The notes under the pieces were generated by a model. The model was not told the DNA's origin. It ran no database searches and saw only the letters and a program-made list of their open reading frames with translations. A DNA stretch of 61,590 nucleotides, taken from positions 72,548,392 to 72,609,981 of the forward strand of contig NC_068990.1 of assembly GCF_001194135.2 (NCBI RefSeq), given 5' to 3'. The position numbers and the translations under genes are program-made. Every line of letters begins with the position of its first letter. Position 1 is the first letter of the stretch. Below are positions 12,701 to 25,039 of the stretch, piece after piece. This DNA comes from Octopus bimaculoides. Taxonomy: Eukaryota.

Positions 12701-13726
12701 TTAGTTCCTTATAATTCTCGTATGGTCTTGTAGGGCATCAACTGATGAGTTCATGCCATCAGACGTTAGTCCTCGCCTATCCGTAATGTTGGCCAGCTTC
12801 ATTTTTAATTTTGTATCGTGTATATACTCTATATTTTTCGTAAAGACGCTTAGCTTTAAGGCATTGTTATATATTTGTGCATATTTATTAAATATATCTT
12901 CATTGGCCGATAGATTTGAGATACGGATATAGGCTGCGGTTACTATGCTATTAATTGTTGATCTAGGGTGATTGGATAGTACGTTAATATATAGGAAACT
13001 TTGATTAGGCTTACGAAACAGGTAGTACAATTTGGTATTGAGGTCCAATGTTACGTCTAAAAATTTGTTGTCCTAGGATAACACTCATGTATAATGTTTA
13101 GATTATAGTAGTCCTTTAAAAATGCCTTCAGATCCTTCTTCAATCTCTCAATCTGGGGTTTTGAGTGATTAAAGACGATGTATAACGCGTCATCTCTATA
13201 TATACCTCCAAAGAGTGAGGGAAACTGTGTTTTAATTTTATCCAACAAGAATAGTCCCACTAGGTCTGTTATTTGAGCAGAATCGGAGGATCCCATGGTT
13301 ATATCGAAAAGGTTGAAGGAATCAGTTTTGGACCAGTGCTGGTTTGCATAACTAATAAGGGTCATACGAGCCGCTTAAATAATATCAATGTCCAAGCTTG
13401 AGATTTCTATATACTTGCAGGCGAAAATGATTGCCTTATTTAATAAAATTGGGGAGATCGAAGAGTAATAATTTGAAATATCAAACTGTACGAAAGATGA
13501 AGTTTTATGATGCTCATGTTTATGGAACCAAACTATAACATCATTTGTTGATTCCCATAAAGGGAGTTGTTTTTCTTTTCTTTATCATTGGTATAATCCG
13601 ATCTAGAATACATTTGCTAATTCTACCCAAGTCCGATTTTGTTGGGCAGATTAGGCGTATTGTTGGTTTGCCAAGGAAGTCGTTCTTATGGTCCTTTAAT
13701 GTGAAGTGTGGAGTTTTTGGGATCAT
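12701..13726 (-). pseudogene. PLE reverse transcriptase domain (frameshifted, premature stops)
   Basis: ORF fragments 13541-13726, 13057-13365 and 12701-13048 join into one RT with the FDI, MGS and YRDD motifs. Confidence 0.9.
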
Positions 13727-13840
13727 ACGGTTATGTTCGATCTAATATTCCCAATTTTGAAATTAGTTCTTGCATTAGATATACGGTATTGTTCCTGTGG
13801 TCTTCCACCCTTATGTATCCATTCTTACTATAATGTGTAT

Positions 13841-14297
13841 CTTACACTAGATACATCTTATGTAGTTTCTACCTACACCTTTTCTACAGATTAAGCAAGG
13901 CCACCTGCCTGAAAGGATTTGTGATTTGTCTACTTACTAAGACTTTGGTTTTTGCTAGGTTGTCTCTAAGGCCCTTTGATTCAAGACCTTGCTTCCACAC
14001 CTGAAACTTGTTCTCTAGTTCTGGTAGTGACTCAGACTCAGCTATTACAGCAAAGTCATCAACATAGAGGAACTCCCAGGGGAAACCTCTCTTGAATTCT
14101 TCTGTTATTGCCTGGAGGACTATGATGGATAATAGGGGGCTGAGGACTGATCCTTGGTGAACCTCTACTCGTACCCTGAATTCTTCACCATACTCGTCAC
14201 CAACCCTCACCTTACTGACAGCATCTCTATACATGGCTTGTACATCTCTCACCAACCACTCATCTATCCCTAGTTTCCACATTGACCACCAGATTCT
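13841..14297 (-). mobile_element. RTE-clade LINE reverse transcriptase fragment
   Basis: ORF 13884-14369 contains IWWSMWKLGIDEWLV...VHQGSVLSPLL...LYVDD...WKQGLESKGL. It overlaps the RTE sequence at 26004-26200. Confidence 0.9.
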
Positions 14298-14329
14298 ATT
14301 CTTCTGTTTTATATATATATATATATATA

Positions 14330-14900
14330 TACTACATATGTGGAAAATCGGTGTGTTTATTTGTGGCATTGTTATATAACTCCTCCTATACTGTTTTATT
14401 GATTTTGTTGAAACTTGACATGTGAGTAGAAGTCATGTCTGGAAACCTCGTGACATACATAGATTGTTGAAAAAATCGATAGTACAGCCCCTGGAAGGGA
14501 TCTTTATATCTACTTCATATAACTAATTTTTTTATTTAAACATCCAAGAGAAATAACCCATAGAATCTGTACAATATTTGTTTTAAACACTCAAGGAAAA
14601 TAACCCATTTCATTGTTTATATTTGATTACTTTGAAATATTGATTTTCTGTGTGTCCTATTTCTAATTTTTGCAGACAATATCACCTTTATACTTTATTT
14701 GACACATGAGTAGAACTCATGCCTGGAAACCTCGTGAGATACTTAGATTGTTGAAAAAAAAATCGATAATAGGGCCCTTCCAATGGATCCTTCTATCTAC
14801 TACATATTACTAATATTTCATTTAAACAACCCAAGGGAAATAACCCATACCACCTACAGATTTTAGCAAAGCGATCAATATTTGATTCTCATGATGAGCC
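14330..14900 (+). mobile_element. Probable non-autonomous Helitron-like element with an internal ~300-bp tandem duplication
   Basis: The 5' part (gtgtttatttg...aactcctcctatactg...gattttgttgaaacttgac) resembles Lep1/HINE-type rolling-circle elements. gagtagaa.tcatg.ctggaaacctcgtga...gattgttgaaaaaatcgata occurs at ~14426 and ~14709. Confidence 0.4.
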
Positions 14901-15982
14901 GACTTTATTCTGCATTTCACTACTCAGTTTTGAACTGCAAAATATTATTATTGAACTTCCTTAATTTGAATCTTAAACCTTAAAGACTTCATTTATACAT
15001 TTCTATACATACATACTTTTTTGAATGCCCATTACTCCGATAATTCTGCATTTTTACAGTTACATTTTTTCCATGACAGTAGATAGATTTTTTTATTCCA
15101 CAATGTATTTGTAGTGGCTTCATGCAAGCATAGCCTGGATTCGATCCTCGATTGTCAAATCTCACTTAACACTTCAACAGCGCTTTTCTCACAGTAAAAC
15201 AATACATTTTCTGTGAATGACAGCAGTTATACATTTCCCAGATGCCTTCACTAAGCAGAATAATGTCTTTGCCTCTTGCCAACCTTCAACAACCTCTCTC
15301 ACCAACATCTGAAAATCATTCTCGTGAACCTCCGAAAACCTCTCTCAGCAAACTCCAACAATCTCTTCCTCCTCCAGCTGACAGTTTTTCGTGACAGAAA
15401 ATGCACCTTTTGTGGCAGTTATAGTGAAATTGCCTTCTTATATCAGAGTAATAAGGCATTTCAATAGAACATCTTTACCCTCGGGAATTAGCAAGTACAC
15501 CAGCTAGTATATATATATATATATATCTGTTAAATAAACTGGAGGTAAATTCTTGAAAGAGTCTCTGATAGAATAAAGATAGTAGCATTCTTATATATAT
15601 CCCTCCAGTTTATTTAACATATAGTTTTATTGTTTATTTTCTTATATTTATCTATCCTTATCTGAGGACTTGTTAATTTGTTGTAATCTGTTAAAAGGCT
15701 TAAAACAAACAATATCGGGTATTTTTGACTCAAAGACATGCAACAATATCTAAGCAACAGGAATGGTTTGTCATTCCATAGTAATCATTTCTTATGTCCG
15801 AATGGAATGTCTCTTGAAAATGGTTATGTCATGTGGATTAAGTGAAGACAGGGATTAAGCTTCATATGACACTCACTCCAAAGAATTAATCCACTTTCAA
15901 TGTGATTATTTTTAATGTTGTATTTATTTGGTTTTGCTATTTTTTATGTGTCAATATTGCTGTTATTATTATTGTTGTTGTG

Positions 15983-16035
<53 letters not shown>

Positions 16036-16454
16036 CATTATAGTGTGTGATGCGTGTGTGTGTGTGTGTGTTATTTGTTTTGTTTATAATTTTTGTTTTA
16101 AAACAAAGTTGCTTTCAAACAGATCTTTAGTGGAAGTCTACAGAGATTGATATAGTGTTGTGTGTGAATGTGTGTGTTTGTGTGTGTGAGCGTGCATGTA
16201 TGTGTGTATACACACATACACACACACATAGAAAGAGAGAGAGATTGCGAGAGAAATACATTGTAAAATAGAAATATACATATATATAGATATATAAATG
16301 AACAATATATGAATATAAACTACAGTTTATATACATACCTATTATTTTAAGGAAATCAATTCCTCCCAAAATATTAGGCATTGAATCAGTATTTCCTTGG
16401 ATGACACCACCCCTTCATGAGGCTAACATAACCTCTAACTGAATTATACATACA

Positions 16455-16490
<36 letters not shown>

Positions 16491-17427
16491 GATAGATAGA
16501 TAGATAGATATGTGTACATAATTATTCATATATTGATAAGCACACACACACACACACATACACACAGATNNNNNNNNNNNNNNNNNNNNNNNNNNNNNNN
16601 NNNNNNNNNNNNNNNNNNNNNNNNNNNNNNNNNNNNNNNNNNNNNNNNNNNNNNNNNNNNNNNNNNNNNTATATATATATATATATGTGTATATATATAT
16701 ATATATATTTATATATGTACATACGAAACATCTGCATCGGTGTGGGGAATAATAATAATTTTGTCAGTCAATCAAGAAATGCAATAGTTTCACAATGGCT
16801 GTATTTGTTCAGAAATCTTTAGTATATAGTAAGAAGAGTAAGTGTAAGTGTAAATGCATTTATAGATTGTTTAATAACAAAAGCAATTTATTAAGATGTA
16901 ATCTATTTGAGGTGATAGACAATTGTGTCTGCACACAATGGCAGCAGCTATCTTGGGTTATTTTCAATGAATTCTAGATTATGATGTAGCCAAAGAAAAG
17001 TTAACAAAAGGGGAGGCCAGCTACTTATCGGCAAGTTTGTGTGAGAAAGCAGTTTAAATTATAGCCAGACATATGAACCAATCAGTCTGGAGTGGCAAAA
17101 TGCTATTCACTGTCCGTGAATTGCAATAAAAGCAGCATACAATTGGTAAACTTCAAGTTATTTCATTTAGAGAAAGAAATCATCTCATTAACTGTTAGAA
17201 GTGTTCTTCAGTTCCCAGGGAAAAACTGTGTAAACACACATTTCCACACATTTCCACATATTTCCACACTATGTGGCTTTGAATGAAAGTGGCGGCTGGA
17301 TAGAATTTTCAGTAACATCTATGTATGCGAGTGTGTTTATGGGTATGTCTATGAAAGTGTTTGTGTGTGTGTGTGTGTATTTGACTATTAATGTATGTTT
17401 GTGTGTTTGTATTTGTGTCTGTGCGAA

Positions 17428-17459
<32 letters not shown>

Positions 17460-17738
17460 TGTTAAGATTTGTATGTGAATGTGTTTTAACATTTGTATGT
17501 AAGCAAGTGTTGATGTTTAGCCCCAGGTCAGGCCTGATGGAGCAGATTTGTGATCAAAGGAATTTCAGTCTTTAGAATCTTGTCTCTGTCTCTGGACTCT
17601 GTATATTTTTGACTAGCATTATTTAATGTGTTGTCTCATTTTCAAAGAAGGCAGGATAAATTTAGTCTAGGTTAATTTGGCTGTTATTTTTAGTATGGCA
17701 AGTTGAGTGATCGTCTAAAGGCTTCCTTATTGAGTATG

Positions 17739-17774
<36 letters not shown>

Positions 17775-18808
17775 GATATAATAGTTACAAGTTGTATTTT
17801 CTTAAATAGTATAAGCAGACATTTTTTTCACAGCTTCAGAAAGAAGCAAGCCTGGCGCACAGAATTAGAACATGTCCCTACTTTTTCACAAGAGTACATC
17901 GTCATTGTCATCATTGTTTTATGTCCACGTTTCCATTGTTGCACGTTTCAAACAGAATTTGAAGCAGATTTTCTACAACCAGATGTCCTTCCCATTGCTA
18001 ACCTTCTCTTGTTTCTAAATAAGGTAATTAATCCTTTAATAAATGGATTTACAGTTTTAATTAGTATACAGGATAAAACATTAACTTCTTTCATAGACAC
18101 GAGGAAACAGTTAATTAAGTATTTTACTGGTACCTTTTATTATCAATCCTGAAAGATAAACGACAAATACCACAAAATGTTTATCAAATATTTTAATCCT
18201 CATCATCACCATCATCACTTAACACCTCTGTTCCATCCTGGCATGAGTTGGATGGTTTAATAGGATCTGACAAACCTGAGGGCTGTGTTGGTCTCCAGTG
18301 TCTACCTCAGCAAGGTTTCTACTGCTGTATGTTCTTCCTAATGCCAACCTCTTTACGCGACATACATAGCACCAACACTAATGGGATCACCAAGGAACTC
18401 ACAAGACAATGTCCCATCAAAGAGTGGGGGTACGGTAATGAGAGACATATCTATGTGTCAGGTATAGAAAGTCTAAAGAAGGAATTAAGGAACAGGTGTC
18501 TTACTGTAGAGGAGATACATTGCTACCCCTACAGGAAAAGGAGAGAGCTTGGTGGAGATGTTGCCAATCCACCACACAGGATAAAATGTTAAATGGGATC
18601 TTAGGTAGATTTAAATTGCTAACCTTCAGATTTCAGACCTATTCAGTTGTCCACTAATCCATGGTTTGAAGGGTGCCCACTCACTACTAAAGACTGCTAA
18701 CAAGTAATAATTCAGAGATATAAACACTGGAATGGTAACTTAGTATTTTCTATGGTGCAAAGTCAGAGATTATAGGGAGTAACATAGTTAATATTATTAT
18801 TATTATTA

Positions 18809-19232
18809 AAGGCGGTGAGCTGGTAGATTTGTTAAAACATCAGGCAAAATGCTTAGCAGTATTTTGTCTGTCTTTATGTTCTGAGTTCAAATTCCGCTGA
18901 GGTCAGCTTTACCTTTCAACCTTTTGAGGTCAATAAGATAAGTACCAATTGAGTACCAGGGTTGATGTAGTTCATTAACCACCTCTCCCAAATTCCAGGC
19001 CTTGTGCTTGTTGTAGAAAGGATTATTACTGTTAAGAAGGGCAGTAAGACAACAGAATCATTAATATGCAGGACAAAATGCTTACATTTTAATTTCAAAT
19101 TCCATAGAGGTCAACTTTGTCTTTAATCCTTTTGGAGTCGATAAAATAAGTACCAGTTGAATACTGGGGGACGATGTAATTGACTTACTTCTTCCCCCAA
19201 ACTTACTGGCCTTTGTTGAAACCAATATTATT
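18809..19232 (+). mobile_element. Two head-to-tail SINE family A copies
   Basis: aaggcggtgagctggtag...gtagaaaggattatt, followed immediately by a second diverged copy. Confidence 0.75.
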
Positions 19233-20640
19233 ATTGCTCAGACATAACTAGAATGAACCAATGAGGAAGCCTGTATATAGATGTTAGACCTGTTCGAAAT
19301 AACAGCAAATTTGCCAGTAAATTTTACCCTACAGTCTTAGTAAATGAAAGTCCTAAACTATGTTTAAAAAATACCGGATGGTCTTGGCTAGAATGCTTTT
19401 GATTGTAAACTTGCTCAATTAGTGTTGACCTCGAGAAAAACCACAACAACTTATTCTTCATTTTATCAGCCCAAGAAGAATGAAGTATAAAGATAACCCC
19501 AGCAGAGTTTGAACTCAGAGTGAAACTGAATACCATAAGGCATTTTGTTTGACACTACCACTTAATAATTCTTACTAATTTTAGCATAAGGACAACAGTT
19601 TTGAGGTGGAGTGGGGTTAAGTCAATTACATCAGCCTTGGTACTTGACTGGTGCTATTTATTTTATTGACTCCAAGCGAATGAAAGGTGAAACAACCCCA
19701 GTTGCCTCAACATAAAAACATTGTTTATTGTCATCCAACCTATGGACATAATTTGATCATGTGACTTTTTCATGCCCACAATAGTAGGATAATTTAAGCT
19801 TATGTTGATTCATTCAAAAATGAAAAAAAAATTACATTATGAACTCGACCAGTTGACATGAAGTTACACCAGCTCATTGTTGTGGATGAACTCTTTTTGC
19901 CTTAACACACTGTGGTACAGGCAGTTCATTTCTGCATTGAGAAAATTAAAGTTACAATTCGCCACTTTGCACTTCAGTTTTGAATTGTTGCAAAATTTAG
20001 CTCGTTTGTTTATAAAGTTGTATTCTGAGTATAATATTATCCATCTTACATTATAACAAAAGGCAAAGTTAACCTTGGCAGAATTTGAACTCTGAACATA
20101 AAGAGTCTGAAAAAATATAGTGAAGCTTACTTCCATGGTGTTCTAACAATTTTACCAGCTTGCCATCTTGAGCTTAATAATCTTTTCTGCTTTAAGTACA
20201 AGGCTTGAAATATTAGTGAGAAGAAGCATAGACATGTTTCATGTGACCCTGGAACATCTTGAAAGTTTTGCTTTTTTGCCTTTTGGGAGTGGAGGGGAAG
20301 CTCAACCGTTGATCATGTGCACAACTTTCTTCCTGTCACACGACTAATGTTGTCCAAGGGAAAAAATAAGAGTTGAATAAATGATTCTTTCCTACCACTG
20401 TGCATCACAACAGTCAGCAAAAATATCACCAGAACACAAACTACACGGTATCTCATCATCTTATGATTCCCTACCAAGGGCTGCTTCATTATTTATCAAT
20501 CCTAAAATGATAAAAGGAAAAGTTGACCTTGGAAGGATTTGACTTCAGATTGCAGTGAACTGGAACAAGCACCACAACACATTCTATATGACTATCTAGT
20601 GATTCTGCTAATTTGCCACCATTACTAAGCATGATACAAT

Positions 20641-20957
20641 ATCAACTAAGCTGGCTGTAACTACATTCAGTAGTCTGACAAGATATTAACTCATCTGTGA
20701 CAACACCCACAAGTTTTGTAATATATTAACTCAGATATCAGTGACCACACCCACTAGTTTGTTAATATATTAACTCAGTTAGCTATGACCACACCTACTA
20801 GTTTTCTACTATATTAACTTGGTTAGCTGTGTCCACACCCAGTAGTTTATTAATACATTAACTCAATTAGCTGTGACAACACTCAATAGACTGTTACTAC
20901 ATTAACTCATCCAGCTGTGAACCTATCTTCACTAATCTGGTATTATATTAACTCAAC
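20641..20957. repeat. 44-bp minisatellite, ~7 diverged copies
   Basis: An attaactc-like anchor recurs at 20641, 20685, 20725, 20769, 20813, 20857, 20901 and 20947. Consensus is approximately ATTAACTCAGTTAGCTGTGACCACACCCACTAGTTTGTTAATAT. Confidence 0.85.
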
Positions 20958-21910
20958 AAGCATGTATCGTATACACTGCAGTCAGATGATGTATTTATTC
21001 CAGCAATTAAGAACACGTTCTCTCATTCAATATCCATTACAAGAGTGTAAGTGTGTCTACTCACCGTCAGAACTAAAGTAACCACTATATAAAATGCTAA
21101 GTAACCTTAGGGAATTAGATGTGTCTTGTTATTATTCACATATAATTGGTTTATATGAAGTCTATAAAGTCATAAGCTCATCTCTTGCATATGTATGTTA
21201 TGTTAACTAGATGTAAAATATAAATGAATTGTTGTGGTTATTTAAGCTGCAAATCAACTCTGATCAAAGATGTTCCAGCTGTACTCATCTTGTTTTATTT
21301 TTCCTCCCTAGACATGTTGTCTCCATGTCCAAATTATCAAATATGTAATGTATTATTTGCGCAGATGGAGTAAGCTTTGACTTCAAAGATACACTTTTAA
21401 AAAGTGTTGTTCATTTATTTATTTATTTATTATATATTTATCATTTAAAATAGTTTACTGATTTCTTTCAGAAAAAGAAAAAAAAAAGAATAAAACATAA
21501 AAACAAGGTGTCTATATTTTATCAAGATGCTTTATTAATAGTTTAAGGGGCATATAGATTCAGTTGGTCAGCAGAGGTTATCCACTGCTACTTCTAGTAG
21601 GTTGGGTGACTACTGGATTGAGTGTAGTTGTTTAGTCCCAGATCTATGGTCATTGGTGTTCTACTCATGACCATTTGGCTCTTTTTGTAGATCAGAGGCT
21701 ACCACTAACCAATGTATTCTGATTTTTTTAGACATTATGTCATGACTTGAGAGAAATTTGGCTTCCATTTTTAGAAGGCCAAATGATTAAAGGTAACGTT
21801 GACTTTTGTGGAATTTGGACTTGGTTCATAGAATAGCCAGAGCTGTTAGGCACCTTTTCCAATGCTAATGATTTTGACAGATTGCCGCCTTAATAATATA
21901 TTTTCTTTCT

Positions 21911-22118
21911 AAGGCAGTAAATTAGCAGAAACCAGGCAAAAGGCTTAACAGCAATTCATAGGTCCTTACATTCTGAGTTCAAATTCTATTGAGTCGACTT
22001 TGCCTTTCATCCTTTTGAAGTCAATAAAATAAGTCCCTGTTGAGCACTGGGGCTAATGTAACCAACTTACCCCACTTCAAGTTTGCTGGCCTTGTACCAA
22101 AATTTAAAACCAATATTT
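21911..22118 (+). mobile_element. SINE family A copy
   Basis: Shared family motifs. Confidence 0.7.
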
Positions 22119-22244
22119 ATATTTTCTAATATAGACAGAAAGCCATATTTATTGAAGAGAAAGATATAGTGATCAATTTAATTAACCAACCACCTACCTG
22201 TACCTTGGAATTTATTTTATTGACCACAAAATTGAGAAGAAGAA

Positions 22245-22610
22245 GCAGCGTCAGGGAATTCATACCTTTTTCAGTTTGGAAACTTTCTTAAAGCTTTTTT
22301 GAAAGCTACACCAATGCCAGAACGGGATGACACTGCATAGTCCCAAAGATTCCAGCAATGCTATCGTGCTTCAGGACTAGTTACTGCAACAGCCTGGGTT
22401 TCAGGGGCCCACAGCTTTTTAATATTCTCCCAAAGAGCCTGAGGAACCTGCACAAAGTAGATGTACGGGTTTTTAAATCAAAGCTGGACCTCTTCCTGTT
22501 GAGAGTCCCAGATGAACTTACCTCATGGTAAGAGGTGCAAATGAGGGTAGCTACATCAAACTCCATTCTTCACCAAGTACCACATATTGGAGGAGGATCT
22601 CAGTAATAAC
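22245..22610 (+). mobile_element. CR1/L2-group LINE 3' coding remnant
   Basis: Plus-strand translation CIVPKIP...YCNSLGFRGPQLFNILPKSLRNLHKVDVRVFKSKLDLFLLRVPDE...ATSNSILHQ matches the C-terminus of CR1-group ORF2. Confidence 0.75.
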
Positions 22611-22640
22611 AATGTAGCAAAACTACAGCAAAAAAAAAAA

Positions 22641-23109
22641 GCCTTTAGCATTTAAACTGGCCATACCTGGCCCAAATATTCTACCTGTTTTATGCTGTAC
22701 GTGGCCAAATTCATCCTCTTATGCCCATCATTCAATATGTGGAGGCTTGTGGCTTAGTGGTTAGGGTGCTGAACTCATGATTGTAAGATTGTGGTTTCGA
22801 TTACTGGACCTTTGAGCAAAACACATCATTTCACATTGTGGCAGTCCATTCAGCTGGCAAAAACAAGTAATCCAGCAACGGACCAGTATTCCGTCCAAGA
22901 AGGGAATATTTACACCATGAAACTGGGTAACTGCCCCTTATGAGTCGGTATGATTTGAGAAAGTAACTTTTACCTTACAATGTTAATCTAAAATTAAACA
23001 ATCACATCCTCAAAATCTTGAAAGTACGAGATAATACTTGATTAATTAAAAAAAATATGAATAAATAAATATAACTTTTAACAAAGTAATCTGAATGCTA
23101 AAGGGTTAA
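22641..23109. mobile_element. TTAA-flanked MITE (piggyBac-like CCCT termini) interrupted by a SINE
   Basis: cctttagcatt...aatgctaaagggttaa terminal inverted repeats. A tRNA-headed SINE occupies ~22739-22975. Confidence 0.75.
22739..22975 (+). mobile_element. tRNA-derived SINE family D (ggcttgtggcttagtggttagggtg... head)
   Basis: Head shared with 27900-28015 and 37430-37770. Confidence 0.7.
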
Positions 23110-23536
23110 ACATATTGAAAATCCAAATGTACTCCAGCAGCATGATCTTCAAGGCTCAAGGCAGACATTTGAAACTTTTTTGTACGAGCCTAGATTGGCA
23201 GAAACACCCCGTTTCTGGCTACCAAATACACTCACAAGGCTTTAGTCAGCTTGAAGATACTTACCCAAAGTTTCAAAGCTGAACCCAAAACTGCAAGGTT
23301 ACAAAGCAAACTTCTTGAATTCAAGTCTCGCTGAAGTCAATTTTACTGTTCATCCTTCTGGGATCAACAAAATAAAGTACTAGTCAAGTACCAGAAATGA
23401 TTTTGTCAACAAATGATTTCCATCAAACTTGTGGCCTCATGCCATTTTTAAGAAATCATTATTATATAGATGTTTAAGTTGTTTATCCCCTTGTCATCTA
23501 TGATTGTCTCTAACCATGACCATCCTGTCTTTTTCA

Positions 23537-23589
<53 letters not shown>

Positions 23590-23769
23590 AATACAAAATG
23601 GGACAAGAATGCAAAACATCCAGGCAGTTAGGTGATACAAAAAAGGGACAAAACGTTCAGAAAGGCAATACAAAGAAAACAAGGGCTGGTCATTTGGAGT
23701 CTTCTTTCCTCAGTCGAATTCTAGATTATCTTTGCAATTTCGGCTGGTTATATATCTATATATGTAAAT

Positions 23770-23926
23770 GCAGGTGTGGCTGTGTGGTAATGAAGCTTGC
23801 TTCCCGACCACATGACTCCAGGTTCAGCCCCACTGCATGACATCTTGGATAAGTGTCTTCTACTATAGCTTCAGGCCAATCAAAGCCTTGTGAGTGGATT
23901 TGGCAGACGGAAACTGAAAGAAGCTC

Positions 23927-23983
<57 letters not shown>

Positions 23984-24185
23984 CCATAAGTGGCTTGTTT
24001 GTTTTCCTATGTGTTTGTTCTGTTGACTGTAAACAAAGTCCGTTTTGTTTTTATGTTCCCATTCATTTTTCTAATGTCCTATACACGAATATGCATCTAT
24101 ATATACATGTAGATGTAGGTATATACATGCATATGCTTATATATCATTTGTATTATATATATATTTTTATATATATATATATATA

Positions 24186-24218
<33 letters not shown>

Positions 24219-24460
24219 ATGCCTGTGTATGTGTTTCTTCCCCACCACTACCTGACAGCCGGTGTTGGTTTCTTTACATCTCCATATCTTAGTGGTCTGG
24301 CTAAAGAGGCCGATAGAATAAGTGTCATGCCTAAAAAAATAAAAGTACTGTGATTGATTCGTTCAACTAAAAACCAAAAAAAAAACTCTTTTAAGGCATT
24401 GCTCCAGCATGGTTGCAGCCCAGTGACTGAAACAAGTAAAAGATAAAAGATAAAAGATAA
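23770..24460 (+). mobile_element. Full tRNA-derived composite SINE with expanded internal (TA)n/(TG)n
   Basis: Head gcaggtgtggctgtgtggtaatgaagcttgcttccc at 23770; tail ...ccagcatggttgcagcccagtgactgaaacaagtaaaagataaaag ends ~24460. Confidence 0.75.
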
Positions 24461-25039
24461 CTTGGACAGCATTATTTAGCATGTCATTCATTTTAAAATT
24501 AATTGTGTGTGAATTGAGTGTGCTTTACTTGTAATTACTAGTGGTTCAAACAGCCACATTAAGTAGCTCTCTGTTGTTTGCTCATAAATGTTTATGTCAC
24601 TGATCAACGATGGTTGATGCCTGTCTTTTTCTCCTTTCCTTTTTTCCCAGGAGACATTCCAACCGAAATGTTGGATTGTTTGTAATTCCAATTATGGACC
24701 AGAAACGGTTAATGTATACTATTAGTTGTTTTATATATTTATGGAATTTTCTAATTGAATATGTTAACTCTTTAATGATTTATATATCATAAGACAATTT
24801 AACAATAATTTAGTTGAAAATTGCAAATAGCAACAAAAATAATTGATTTTCCACTTTGAAATATTGCCAAATATAGAAAATCTAATGTTTGGTTTAGACT
24901 AGACACAACTGTAATAAATTTATGTAGTGTTATTTCTTATTTATTTGTTGTTTTTATTTTATTATTATTGTTGATAATTAATAACAAAGTTCAGTGCTAT
25001 ATCTTCAGTATTCATTTATCTACAAATGTGCACAAGAAA

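Larger units (their letters stand above)
10774..13840 (-). mobile_element. Decayed Penelope-like retroelement (Naiad/Chlamys type): RT plus C-terminal GIY-YIG endonuclease, HHR in the 3' region, 70-bp inverted ends
   Basis: Manual minus-strand translation across frameshifts: HFTLKDHKNDF..PTIRLICPTKSDLGRISKCILD; LWESTNDVIVWF; FVQFDISNYYSSI; FDITMGSSDSAQITDLVG; GIYRDD; LDVTLDL..RKPNQ..YINVLSNHP; KCPISRNCCQTNVIYKC..RV*IGSSIDFKQRYRCHMSSF..CGLCIREAYLI..LNR..CTH. 10774-10843 is an inverted copy of 13770-13839. Confidence 0.9.

Noticed and set aside
20641-20957. CRISPR-like periodic repeat
   Set aside because: The units are contiguous tandem copies without unique spacers, in a eukaryotic context with no cas genes.
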